Shown piece by piece: positions 8,390-16,829 of a stretch of DNA of 32,000 nt. Within the stretch, counting starts at the first letter, position 1. Each line of letters starts with the position of its first letter. The stretch lies in NCBI RefSeq assembly GCF_000179635.2, contig NC_014833.1:1950001-1982000 (forward strand), in the 5' to 3' direction. A program made the translations under genes and the position numbers. Source of the stretch: Ruminococcus albus 7 = DSM 20455 (GTDB lineage Bacteria; Bacillota; Clostridia; Oscillospirales; Ruminococcaceae). The notes beneath the pieces are model-generated. The model saw nothing but the letters and a program-made list of their open reading frames with translations. It had not been told where the DNA came from and did no database searches.

Positions 8390-10645
8390 ATGAGTACCAA
8401 AGGTATGGAAAACAGATATGTACGAGATAAGACGCGCATTATTGCACGCCGCAGAAATGCCGCAAATATGCTATCGGCATTGATCTGTACGGCTGCAGTA
8501 GGCATCGGTTTTTCGGGACATCTTATATATAAGTCATATTACGCTGTTGGCTGGCATACCCATTCAGAAGGTACTTACTATATATCTCCAGAGACACATG
8601 AACGTGTCACAGGCTATCAGATGATCGACAATACCTGTTATCTGTTTGATGATGAAGGCATTATACTCCCGGCAGGATGGCAGAAGTTCCGCGGTGATAC
8701 CTACTATCTTGGTGATGATGGTATCATACAGCGCGGTACTATCGAGATCGATGGTGTTAAGTACTATTTTTCCACCGAATCAGGTATTTTCAGGACGGGT
8801 CTTGTTGATATCAACGGTGATGAGTATTATTTTGATGAACACGGTTTTCCGGGGTCTGGTTTTTCAGAAGATTCGTATTTTGATGAAAATGGTAAACAGC
8901 GTCGCGGCTGGGTTAATGTTGGCGGTATTCAGTATTATTTCAAAAACGACGGCAAGATGGCTGTTGGGTTTTATGAAATAGATGATAATGTCTACTATTT
9001 TGATAAAGACGGAAAGATGGCTACTGATTGGAAAGTCATTGACGGTAAACGCTATCTATTCAATGAGGATGGTGTTCTTCATCATGGCTGGATCAAAAAG
9101 GACGGAAATTACTTTTATGCCGATGCTGAAACCGGAGCTTGTGTTACTGGTTTCTTTAAGATCGAGGATAAGACTTATTATTTTGATAAGCGTGGAGAAA
9201 TGGTAAAAAACTGGAAAGAGATAGGCGGAAAGACGTATCATTTTTCCAGTGACGGTGTAATGACTATCGGTTGGTATGAGGAAGATAACACCAAGTACTA
9301 TTTCAGTGAAAAAGGTGTAGCCGCAAAGGGCTTCAATAAAATAGGTGAAGACTACTTCTATTTTGATAAGAATTTCAAGATGAGGACAGGTTGGCAGACA
9401 ATAGGCGGTTCAAAGTATTATTTCGGACGAGGCGGTGTTGTAGCCAACGGCTGGTTAAAACTTGAAAGCGGTGAGTTTGATCCTATAACCTATGACCCAA
9501 TAATGCTGAGATACTACTTTTACCCCGATACTCATGCTGCAGCGTACGGATGGGCAACTATAGGTCGTGCTGCGTCTGATGTCAAGCTTTTCAAGAAGGA
9601 TATGTCTGATTTGAATAAGTTTGAAAATCTATCCTACGATAAACTGTCAGCTCTGAACAGTGATGAATGGATGCGCTATGATGAGCTGAAAGAAAAGTAT
9701 AAGGATAATACATTAAATAAGTTCCAGAAGGACGTGTATGATAAATTCGGCAGTGATGTGCTTGGCAATTATTATTTTTACAGTGATAACACCCTTGCCT
9801 ATGGCTGGATAACCGTTGGTGATTATCGTTTCCATTTTGATGAAAAAACAGGCAAGAAGTCGCTTGGCTGGCAGATCATTGACGGTAAACGCTATTACTT
9901 TGGTGAAACAGGTGCTGCCTGCACAGGAGAATTCAACGGAAATGATGAAAACTATGTCTTTTCTTCTGACGGTGTCCTTTCTGATGGTATTGTCAAGCTT
10001 GACGGTCAGATCAAGTACAAAAAAGGTGATTCGGACTGGCTCACCGATGTTTTCCATACCGAAGGAAATAAGACATATTACTTCGATGCTGACGGAAATG
10101 CAGCTATCGGTTGGACGGATATAAACGGAGAACGTTATTTCTTTAATGATGAAGGCGTTATGCATATCGGTGTGATCAACGATGATGGTAATGTTTATTA
10201 TCTTAGCAGAGATGGTATCGTTAAGAACAAGTGGGTAACGATCGACAGCGGCAAGATGTATTATTTCGGTGCTGACGGAAAGGCATATAAAGGCTGGAAA
10301 GATATCAACGGTACAGAATATTATTTCGGTGATGACGGTACCTTGCAGGAAGGCTGGACTACTATCGAAGAAAAGCGTTATTATCTTGAATACGGAGTCA
10401 TGCTAAGGGGTCCTATATTTATTAACGGTGAGTTGATCAATCTCGGTGAGAATGGATATGTGACCGAAGGCTGGATCAGCTGGAGCGGAAACAAGTACTA
10501 CAATCTCAAGGGTGGAGTTTCCGCCACAGGCTGGCAGGAGATCGACGGAAAACAGTATTATTTTGATGCTTATGGTGTACTCCTTACAGATACTGTTATT
10601 GATGGTATTACCCTGGGAGCTGATGGTTCAGCTGTAATTGAATAA
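8390..10645 (+). CDS. Membrane-anchored cell-wall-binding (choline/glucan-binding type) repeat protein, about 30 repeats
   Basis: The ~20-aa motif GW...(g)k.YYF..dG.m..G recurs throughout. N-terminal basic tail plus a TM segment, MLSALICTAAVGIGFSGHLIY. No catalytic domain recognised. Confidence 0.85.
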   Translation: MSTKGMENRYVRDKTRIIARRRNAANMLSALICTAAVGIGFSGHLIYKSYYAVGWHTHSEGTYYISPETHERVTGYQMIDNTCYLFDDEGIILPAGWQKFRGDTYYLGDDGIIQRGTIEIDGVKYYFSTESGIFRTGLVDINGDEYYFDEHGFPGSGFSEDSYFDENGKQRRGWVNVGGIQYYFKNDGKMAVGFYEIDDNVYYFDKDGKMATDWKVIDGKRYLFNEDGVLHHGWIKKDGNYFYADAETGACVTGFFKIEDKTYYFDKRGEMVKNWKEIGGKTYHFSSDGVMTIGWYEEDNTKYYFSEKGVAAKGFNKIGEDYFYFDKNFKMRTGWQTIGGSKYYFGRGGVVANGWLKLESGEFDPITYDPIMLRYYFYPDTHAAAYGWATIGRAASDVKLFKKDMSDLNKFENLSYDKLSALNSDEWMRYDELKEKYKDNTLNKFQKDVYDKFGSDVLGNYYFYSDNTLAYGWITVGDYRFHFDEKTGKKSLGWQIIDGKRYYFGETGAACTGEFNGNDENYVFSSDGVLSDGIVKLDGQIKYKKGDSDWLTDVFHTEGNKTYYFDADGNAAIGWTDINGERYFFNDEGVMHIGVINDDGNVYYLSRDGIVKNKWVTIDSGKMYYFGADGKAYKGWKDINGTEYYFGDDGTLQEGWTTIEEKRYYLEYGVMLRGPIFINGELINLGENGYVTEGWISWSGNKYYNLKGGVSATGWQEIDGKQYYFDAYGVLLTDTVIDGITLGADGSAVIE

Positions 10646-10650
10646 GAATT

Positions 10651-10684
10651 AAACGGCTCACTATTATTTTGTGAGCCGTTTTTG
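10651..10684 (+). terminator. Rho-independent terminator of the repeat-protein gene
   Basis: Stem AAACGGCTCAC/GTGAGCCGTTT running into a T5 tract. Confidence 0.8.
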
Positions 10685-10693
10685 ATAAAAAAT

Positions 10694-10716
10694 ACAGACC
10701 TGTTTTGCAGGTCTGT
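10694..10716 (-). terminator. Rho-independent terminator of the MarR / small-protein operon
   Basis: Stem ACAGACCT/AGGTCTGT. On the minus strand it is followed by ATTTTTTATC. It lies 7 nt beyond the stop at 10723. Confidence 0.75.
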
Positions 10717-10722
10717 AAATAA

Positions 10723-10920
10723 TCAGTTTTGTTTTCTTACTACAGCATATTCATCATCGAGCCTGTAATAAGGGCAGGCATAATGCGGTTCATTAAAAAG
10801 CCTGTACATCTCATCTTCGTCTAAATTGACTTCACATGAATAGCATTCAAGTTCGTCATCATATACATTGTTTACGCAGCTTTCGCATGAAGTGAAGTTG
10901 CCTTTTTTCTTTTTGTTCAT
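10723..10920 (-). CDS. Small Cys-rich protein, putative zinc ribbon (CxxC...CxxC...C)
   Basis: 65 aa with CESC and CYSC pairs plus CPYY. Its ATG overlaps the MarR stop (ATGA at 10917-10920). It resembles small DUF-type proteins of Clostridia, but that is from memory and unverified. Confidence 0.65.
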   Translation of the reverse strand: MNKKKKGNFTSCESCVNNVYDDELECYSCEVNLDEDEMYRLFNEPHYACPYYRLDDEYAVVRKQN

Positions 10921-11363
10921 ATATCCATCACCTGTCTGAGTACCTCGTTGACCTGTATCAGTGCATTGTATAGTTTTTTCATATCCTCATCAGATACATT
11001 TGAAAACAGATCAAGCAGATCTTCACGTATATCAGCTTTCATCTTGATAAGAAAGCTTTCAGCTTTTTCTGTAAGGGAGATATTGACAACACGTCTGTTA
11101 TCAGGCTGATGATTTCTTTCAATAAATCCCATATCCACCAACTGTGCTACTGCTCGGGTAGCTTGTTCATTAGAAGTATTTATTTTTGATGCCAGCTGAG
11201 ACATATTCATCTGTCCGCATACTGATAGAGAAAGCAGTACTATCTGCTGTGTACGCGTAACATGGTACTTCTTCTGGTCAAAGGTATCAAATACCAGTTT
11301 ACGGCTTAGGGGATATATCTCGTAAAACTGCATTATGCAGCCTGTTCTTATCTCATTGTCCAT
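10917..11363 (-). CDS. MarR-family transcriptional regulator
   Basis: 148 aa with a winged-HTH core, MSQLASKINTSNEQATRAVAQLVDMGFIERNHQPDNRRVVNISLTEKA. RBS GCAGGAGG. Confidence 0.9.
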   Translation of the reverse strand: MDNEIRTGCIMQFYEIYPLSRKLVFDTFDQKKYHVTRTQQIVLLSLSVCGQMNMSQLASKINTSNEQATRAVAQLVDMGFIERNHQPDNRRVVNISLTEKAESFLIKMKADIREDLLDLFSNVSDEDMKKLYNALIQVNEVLRQVMDI

Positions 11364-11407
11364 TTAGTTACCTCCTGCATCATCGTGTATAGTATTGCTC
11401 CGATATT

Positions 11408-11436
11408 ATTATAATAGCAAGAGGGATATTTGTCAA
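11408..11436 (-). promoter_or_regulatory. Consensus sigma-A promoter, TTGACA-17-TATAAT, for the MarR operon
   Basis: Read on the minus strand: TTGACA (11436-11431), a 17-nt spacer, then TATAAT (11413-11408). About 45 nt upstream of the ATG at 11363. Confidence 0.7.
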
Positions 11437-11580
11437 TGTACTATATTTATCAATATTTGATTTTGCTAAACAGTATTTTTGTTAATCATTTTGTTACTGT
11501 TTGTATAAATAGCTCGCCTTATCTTGTCTGACTGTTTTTGTCATCTGACTTTCTGTTCTGATTTACATTTTATATACTCT

Positions 11581-11614
11581 TACTGCCGCTTCATGCAAAA
11601 GCACAGCGGCAGTA
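11581..11614. other. Perfect 10-bp stem-loop in a non-coding region
   Basis: TACTGCCGCT (11581-11590) pairs with AGCGGCAGTA (11605-11614) around a 14-nt loop. It may terminate the sigma/vWA operon on the minus strand, but no U-tract follows on that strand. Confidence 0.4.
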
Positions 11615-11729
11615 TCGAGTATTGTTGTATTTTTTATTTATGACTATCCTTTTAAATCACCAGCTGAAAATGCGGTAAACAAAAGTATAATTGAGCGTTG
11701 AATATCTCGCTTTAATTTGATATTAAGAC

Positions 11730-13394
11730 TCATTCAATGATTTCCACAGGAGCCTGATAGTTGTCTTCATACAGTGCGATCAGCTTGAGAAGTTCTTCGG
11801 CATCAAGCTTAAGACCTTTAGCGTAGTTTCTTATATCGTTCATAGTGAACTTTGTTTCAGAGTTACCAAGTGTTTTTGCAAACATTGTTGCAGCGCAAGC
11901 GAGTTTCATGTTCTCGCTCATCTCTTCTTTATTTACATAGCTTGCAAGTTTAACAGCCTTGTCTATCAGTTTGCTTTCGTTCTCATCTTTCTCCTTGTAT
12001 CTTACAGATACTGTAAGCAGCTCTTTGTCAAGATCCTTCTCGTCTATTTTTTCGGGAGCGGGATACTCAACATCATCCTGATATTTAAGTGTACGTTTGC
12101 TGTCATCGCCGTCAGCCTTGCCGTCGTTCAGTATAAGCTCATACAGTGCTGTTACCTGCTGGTTTGCACCGACATCACCGGCATCTTTGGTATCGTCCTC
12201 AAAATCCTGATCTTCCAGTAGTCTGTTCTCATAGCCAACAAGCTTATAATAAGCAACATTAGTTGGGTTGAATTCCACCTGTATCTTTGCATCCTTTGCT
12301 ACTGTGAACATTGTTCCGTTCATCTCGGTTACAAGTACTCTCTCAGCTTCATCGACGCTGTCTATATAAGCGTAGTTGCCGTTGCCGTTGTCTGCAAGTG
12401 CTTCAAGCCTGTTATCCTTATAGTTGCCCATGCCGAATCCCAGTACCGAGAGGAATACGCCTTTGTCACGCTTTTCTTCGATAAGAGCCTTCAGTTCCTC
12501 TTCAGAGGAAAGACCAACATTCAGGTCACCGTCGGTGGCTAGTATGACTCTGTTGTTTCCGCCTTTAATAAAGTATTTTTCGGCAAGTTCATAAGCAGTG
12601 TTGATACCTGCTGCACCTGCGGTCGAACCGCCTGCTGTCAGTCCTGCAAGGGTGGAGGCGATAGTTTCATAGTTCGCACCGCTTTCGCCCTCCAGCTCTA
12701 TCGTATCTCTGCCTGCGTAAGTCACTATTGATATCCTGTCATTTTCTCCGAGGTTCTCTGCCAGCATTGCGAACGCCTGAACTACCAAAGGAAGTTTGTT
12801 TTCGTCTGCCATTGATCCGCTGACGTCTATCAGGAATACGATGTTAGAATCAATATCCTGTACATCTATATCCTTTGCCTGCAAGCCTATCTGCATAAGC
12901 TTTGCATCAGCATTCCATGGACAATCAGAAAGCTCCGTTGTTATGGCGATCTTATCATCTCCATCGGGATATTCGTAGTTGTATTTAAAGTAGTTTATGA
13001 ATTCCTCTGTTCTTACTGCATTGGGGTCAATATTCTGATTATTCTCTATCATGCGTCTTATATTGGTGAATGAAGCTGTATCTACATCAGTGGAAAATGT
13101 GGAAAGCGGATGTTCAGCAACACTCAGGTAAGAGTTTTCCGCATAGTAGTTGTATTCCTCGGTATTTATATCCATATCTGAGATCGCTTCTTCGCTGTAA
13201 TGCCACTCTAAGCCATCAGCGTCATCGAGATTCTGTTGTCCATTGTTGGATATATTTTGTTCTCTGTTATCACCGACGATCATTTCACCTTTTTTACTGC
13301 CTGATGAATCTTTGCCGCCGCAGCCAGTCATCATTCCGATTGCCATTATAAGCGAAAGTACCATCGCTGTTATCTTTTTAGTATTCTCTTTCAT
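11730..13394 (-). CDS. vWA-domain lipoprotein, YfbK-like (N-terminal vWF-associated region, vWA with MIDAS, C-terminal DUF3520-like region)
   Basis: Lipobox MMTGC after a signal peptide. HPLSTFSTDVDTASFTNIRRMI is the YfbK-type N-domain. MIDAS motif FLIDVSGSM. The ATG at 13394 has an AAAGGA RBS and avoids overlapping the upstream gene. Confidence 0.85.
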   Translation of the reverse strand: MKENTKKITAMVLSLIMAIGMMTGCGGKDSSGSKKGEMIVGDNREQNISNNGQQNLDDADGLEWHYSEEAISDMDINTEEYNYYAENSYLSVAEHPLSTFSTDVDTASFTNIRRMIENNQNIDPNAVRTEEFINYFKYNYEYPDGDDKIAITTELSDCPWNADAKLMQIGLQAKDIDVQDIDSNIVFLIDVSGSMADENKLPLVVQAFAMLAENLGENDRISIVTYAGRDTIELEGESGANYETIASTLAGLTAGGSTAGAAGINTAYELAEKYFIKGGNNRVILATDGDLNVGLSSEEELKALIEEKRDKGVFLSVLGFGMGNYKDNRLEALADNGNGNYAYIDSVDEAERVLVTEMNGTMFTVAKDAKIQVEFNPTNVAYYKLVGYENRLLEDQDFEDDTKDAGDVGANQQVTALYELILNDGKADGDDSKRTLKYQDDVEYPAPEKIDEKDLDKELLTVSVRYKEKDENESKLIDKAVKLASYVNKEEMSENMKLACAATMFAKTLGNSETKFTMNDIRNYAKGLKLDAEELLKLIALYEDNYQAPVEIIE

Positions 13395-13419
13395 AGTTAT
13401 CATCCTTTCTGAAATGGTA

Positions 13420-14541
13420 TCAACTACCAAATATCTCATTTATCAGCCTTTCGGCATATTCTTTAGGAAGAGTCATCTCAAATGATCTTTCGTCACTCAT
13501 ACTTTCACCTGTATTCTCATAACATCTTATCTTGTAATCATTGTCAGTTCCAAAGATATATAGGCTTTTACAGTTGATGGTTTCTCGACCTATATTGATA
13601 GTTTTGTATTCAGGATCTTTACCGGTATAAATATCAAAAAATATAAGTTGTAAATCCAGCCCGTTATCTAAGTTACCTGTTGATGTTTTCTCTGTTTGTG
13701 TTGAAGAGACTCTTTCATCTGCAAGGGCTTCAAATAATATATCAAGCGTTTTGGCTGTATCAAAGTCAGCGGTTATGTAGTTGCCTTGATACATACCCAT
13801 GAAACCAGTCTTGTTTTCATCGTTCCATACATAACCTTCAGATATCAAGGTGTTGCCTGATGTTCCGCCTTTTATTTCCTGACCGCCTATATCATCGGAT
13901 TCGGTCACAGCAGATTTGTCAGCATACTCAACTGCTTCTACCAAATCGGGTATAAGGTCGATAGGGAATTCGTAGTACGGAGTTTCTTTGTACTCGTCAT
14001 TCTCATCAAAATAGTTGATATTGAATATGAAGCTGTTTTCATAACCTATCAGCGTAACTCCCTGACCGTTAATCTTGGTATCGCCTACCCTGAAAGTTTT
14101 GGTATCCTCGAATTTCATGTGAGCCATAAAGCCCTCAGTCTCTAAACTGTTCAGCTGTTCAACTGATACTGTCAGGTCGAGAGCTTTTTCTTCCGTACCG
14201 GGTGTAGCCATTCCTTTGAGTATTATCCTCGCACCTTCCAGACGGTTATCCCAACTCTGACTAATGTGACCGTTGTTGTACATCTCAAATCCGAATGCAC
14301 CGTCACCTATGATATAATTGTAATACTGATCGAAATCGTAGTCATCGAGTTCCGTTGGTGTTTCCTCATCTGCGGTGGTCTCATCGTCGGTGGGATATTC
14401 ACTTGTGCAGGATTCTACTGTTACCTCACTGTTTTCTTCAGGAACTGCGGCATTCTCTTTTTTCTCCTCAACTTTTCCACAGCCTGACATAATCATCATA
14501 AGTGCTATTGCCGCTACAGCATATCTATTTGAAATTTTCAT
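13420..14541 (-). CDS. Hypothetical lipoprotein with an acidic linker
   Basis: Signal peptide plus lipobox IMSGC. Asp/Glu/Thr-rich linker. AAGGAGG RBS. No recognised family. Confidence 0.7.
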   Translation of the reverse strand: MKISNRYAVAAIALMMIMSGCGKVEEKKENAAVPEENSEVTVESCTSEYPTDDETTADEETPTELDDYDFDQYYNYIIGDGAFGFEMYNNGHISQSWDNRLEGARIILKGMATPGTEEKALDLTVSVEQLNSLETEGFMAHMKFEDTKTFRVGDTKINGQGVTLIGYENSFIFNINYFDENDEYKETPYYEFPIDLIPDLVEAVEYADKSAVTESDDIGGQEIKGGTSGNTLISEGYVWNDENKTGFMGMYQGNYITADFDTAKTLDILFEALADERVSSTQTEKTSTGNLDNGLDLQLIFFDIYTGKDPEYKTINIGRETINCKSLYIFGTDNDYKIRCYENTGESMSDERSFEMTLPKEYAERLINEIFGS

Positions 14542-14553
14542 CTCAATGCCTCC

Positions 14554-15477
14554 TTAAGCGTTGTTCCATTCGTTCAAAAAGCTTTCCATGTCAAGCTCGG
14601 GTGTGTACTTCATTCTGTCGAAGTAATAATCGTTAATATTAAGGCTGTCTTTTTCAAGATCCTCTGATCCGCTACAGAGAGCTTTCCATCCGTTTTGGAA
14701 TACAGCACCACCGTCAAGTGTTATCTCTATCTGTGGGGCGTTCTCAAATACTATGCTGTAATTATCCTCGTCCGAATGTTTCAGCGGAAGCAGATATTCT
14801 CTGTTTTTCTGAAGTATATAAGGAGTGCTGCTATTGATAACGAGTTCAGTTACCATTACTTCGCCGTTTTTGTCATACATCGAATTAACTTGCAGTACAT
14901 AAGTAGCACCGTTGTCAGATAGTTCAGCTTCAAGCACCGTAACGTCAGCGAAGAGATCTGTTGAAGCGAACACCTTATCTTCCACGAAATATTCATCACC
15001 CTGCGGTACATAGCTTGTCATATATGATACTGTATCCGTAGCATTTAAATCAAGCTGATCGTATTTGACAGTTCTGATAAATGAACCGTCAGTTGATCCG
15101 AAATGATTGTCTTCTGTGGATGCGTCTTGTTGTGCCTTGTTATTTACTGAGCCGTCTTTTTTATTGCCTCCGGAAGTTTTGTTGTCATCCCTATCGCTCC
15201 TTGAAAGCGGAACCTTGTCCATAGCAGCCTTTGTTTTCTTGGATTCGTTCATTATATTCACTCCTGCAAATACAACTACGAATGCTGCCGCTACTGCTGC
15301 TATTTTCATATATCCGCCAGAACGTTTTATCTGCTCTCTGTTCTGTGTGTATGTTGTCTCGGTCTTTTTCTCTGTTTCTTTTTTGTCTATCTCCTCGGAT
15401 ATCCTGCTCCAAAGCTTATCCATATCGGGTGCAGTATCCTGGATATGTTTTGTATATTCTTCTTTCAGGTTAGCCAT
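14554..15477 (-). CDS. Single-pass membrane protein, putative anti-sigma factor (no zinc-binding HxxxCxxC motif)
   Basis: Overlaps the sigma gene stop by 8 nt. Has a ~55-aa cytoplasmic N-terminus, a TM segment IAAVAAAFVVVFAGVNIM, and a ~230-aa extracytoplasmic domain. AAAGGAGGG RBS. The functional call is by position and topology only. Confidence 0.6.
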   Translation of the reverse strand: MANLKEEYTKHIQDTAPDMDKLWSRISEEIDKKETEKKTETTYTQNREQIKRSGGYMKIAAVAAAFVVVFAGVNIMNESKKTKAAMDKVPLSRSDRDDNKTSGGNKKDGSVNNKAQQDASTEDNHFGSTDGSFIRTVKYDQLDLNATDTVSYMTSYVPQGDEYFVEDKVFASTDLFADVTVLEAELSDNGATYVLQVNSMYDKNGEVMVTELVINSSTPYILQKNREYLLPLKHSDEDNYSIVFENAPQIEITLDGGAVFQNGWKALCSGSEDLEKDSLNINDYYFDRMKYTPELDMESFLNEWNNA

Positions 15478-16036
15478 AAATACTGCCCTCCTTTACTGTT
15501 TTTTTCAGCTTGTTCAAAGCCTGTCTGTATTTCCATGCAACAGTGCCGAGAGGTATGCCCAGCGTTTCGCTTATCTCCTTAAAGGTCATATCAAGACCTG
15601 CGCGGAGGTTGATGATCTCTCTTTCTGCTTCATTCAGTATTTCCAGCGCCTGCCTGAATGCAATACCGCTTTCCACCTGAACATCTGTTGGGGCTTCGGG
15701 GTCTGCCTGTTCCTCAGTGTATATGCCTTCATCGTCTATCGTGTATTCTTCGTGTTTTCTCTTTCTAAGGAAGTCGATAGCCATATTTCTAGCCATTACC
15801 GTTATGTAGCGCTTGTGTCCCGTTCCGGAACGGTACTGCGCCGCTGTCTCCCATAATCTTAAAAACATATCGCTTGTCAGATCCTCAGCGTCCTGAGGAC
15901 TTTTGACTACTGCCAGCATCTGCTGATATATCAGCTTGCCATAACAGGCGTAGATGTCTTTAAGACCGTTTTTGTCTTTACCGAGTATCCGTTGGATACA
16001 AAGGTCAAACTCCTTATCGGTCAAATCTATCATCAC
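15470..16036 (-). CDS. ECF-type sigma-70-family RNA polymerase sigma factor
   Basis: 188 aa with region 2 (DLTSDMFLRLWE...YRSGTGHKRYITVMARNMAIDFLR) and a region 4 HTH (MTFKEISETLGIPLGTVAWKYRQALNKLKK). Confidence 0.9.
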   Translation of the reverse strand: MMIDLTDKEFDLCIQRILGKDKNGLKDIYACYGKLIYQQMLAVVKSPQDAEDLTSDMFLRLWETAAQYRSGTGHKRYITVMARNMAIDFLRKRKHEEYTIDDEGIYTEEQADPEAPTDVQVESGIAFRQALEILNEAEREIINLRAGLDMTFKEISETLGIPLGTVAWKYRQALNKLKKTVKEGSIYG

Positions 16037-16236
16037 CCTTCGACATAATATATACGTTTGATCTTACATTATTTTTTGATGTGATAATGCACAAACTTAA
16101 TACGAAAAATTTGTCTATTATCACATAATTGAATATAGACATAATTCGATAATAATTATAACATATAAAAAGGCAATTGTAAAGATATAGAATTGTATTT
16201 ATCTGTATGGATACGGCTAAATTCCTACAAGGTCAC

Positions 16237-16265
16237 TTTACTTTTTGGAATATCTGTGGTATAAT
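16237..16265 (+). promoter_or_regulatory. Candidate extended -10 promoter (TGgTATAAT) for rnhA-nifS-mnmA
   Basis: TGGTATAAT at 16257-16265. Weak -35 TTTACT 17 nt upstream. Confidence 0.45.
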
Positions 16266-16332
16266 TGAATATTGTTAAGATATCGTCAGGTCAACCTGTC
16301 TGTATCTATAAATTGGAAAAGGAAAATGCTAT

Positions 16333-16806
16333 ATGAAAAAAATAGAGATATTCACAGATGGTGCCTGTTCGGGTAATCCGGGTCCCGGGGGATACGGCAC
16401 TATTCTTCGTTTTAGGGATATAAACAAGGAACTCTATGGCGGTGATCCAAAAACTACAAATAACCGTATGGAGATGACTGCTGTCATCAAGGGTCTGCAG
16501 GCGCTGAAAGAGCCTTGTGAGGTAACGCTTTACAGCGATTCAAAGTACGTCATAGACGCCATAACAAAAGGCTGGGCTGTGGGCTGGAAAAAGCGCGGCT
16601 GGGTCAAGGCTGATAAGAAACCGGCTCTGAACAGTGATCTGTGGCAGATAATACTTGATCTTCTTGATGTTCATAAGGTTGAGTTTGTATGGGTGAAAGG
16701 TCACGCAGGTCATACCGAGAACGAACGCTGCGATGAGCTGGCTGTAAAAGGTTCGCAGGAAGCCAGATCTATCGGCGCGGCTTTTGATAAAGTCGTGGAA
16801 AACTGA
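16333..16806 (+). CDS. rnhA: Ribonuclease HI
   Basis: Near-collinear with E. coli RNase HI: [43 protein letters not shown]. Confidence 0.95.
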   Translation: MKKIEIFTDGACSGNPGPGGYGTILRFRDINKELYGGDPKTTNNRMEMTAVIKGLQALKEPCEVTLYSDSKYVIDAITKGWAVGWKKRGWVKADKKPALNSDLWQIILDLLDVHKVEFVWVKGHAGHTENERCDELAVKGSQEARSIGAAFDKVVEN

Positions 16807-16829
16807 TCCTGCAGAAAGGCTGATACGTA

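Noticed and set aside
8500-10600. Strong ~60-nt periodicity that could suggest a CRISPR or tandem DNA repeat array
   Set aside because: The periodicity is at the protein level (cell-wall-binding repeats in one long ORF). The nucleotide copies are diverged, with no identical direct repeats or unique spacers.
15107-15856. A 249-aa plus-strand ORF antisense to the sigma and anti-sigma genes. Similar long antisense ORFs occur at 22506-23045, 21457-21915, 23475-24347, 9713-10165 and 5560-6012.
   Set aside because: Each lies wholly inside a gene with strong family motifs on the other strand. Each has low-complexity Ser/Leu/Phe/Cys-rich translations and no RBS. These are typical shadow ORFs.
16125-16272. 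A 12-nt direct repeat, ATAATTGAATAT, at 16125-16136 and 16261-16272
   Set aside because: The second copy overlaps the rnhA -10 element. In a very AT-rich spacer, one 12-mer coincidence is weak evidence, and there is no further periodic structure.
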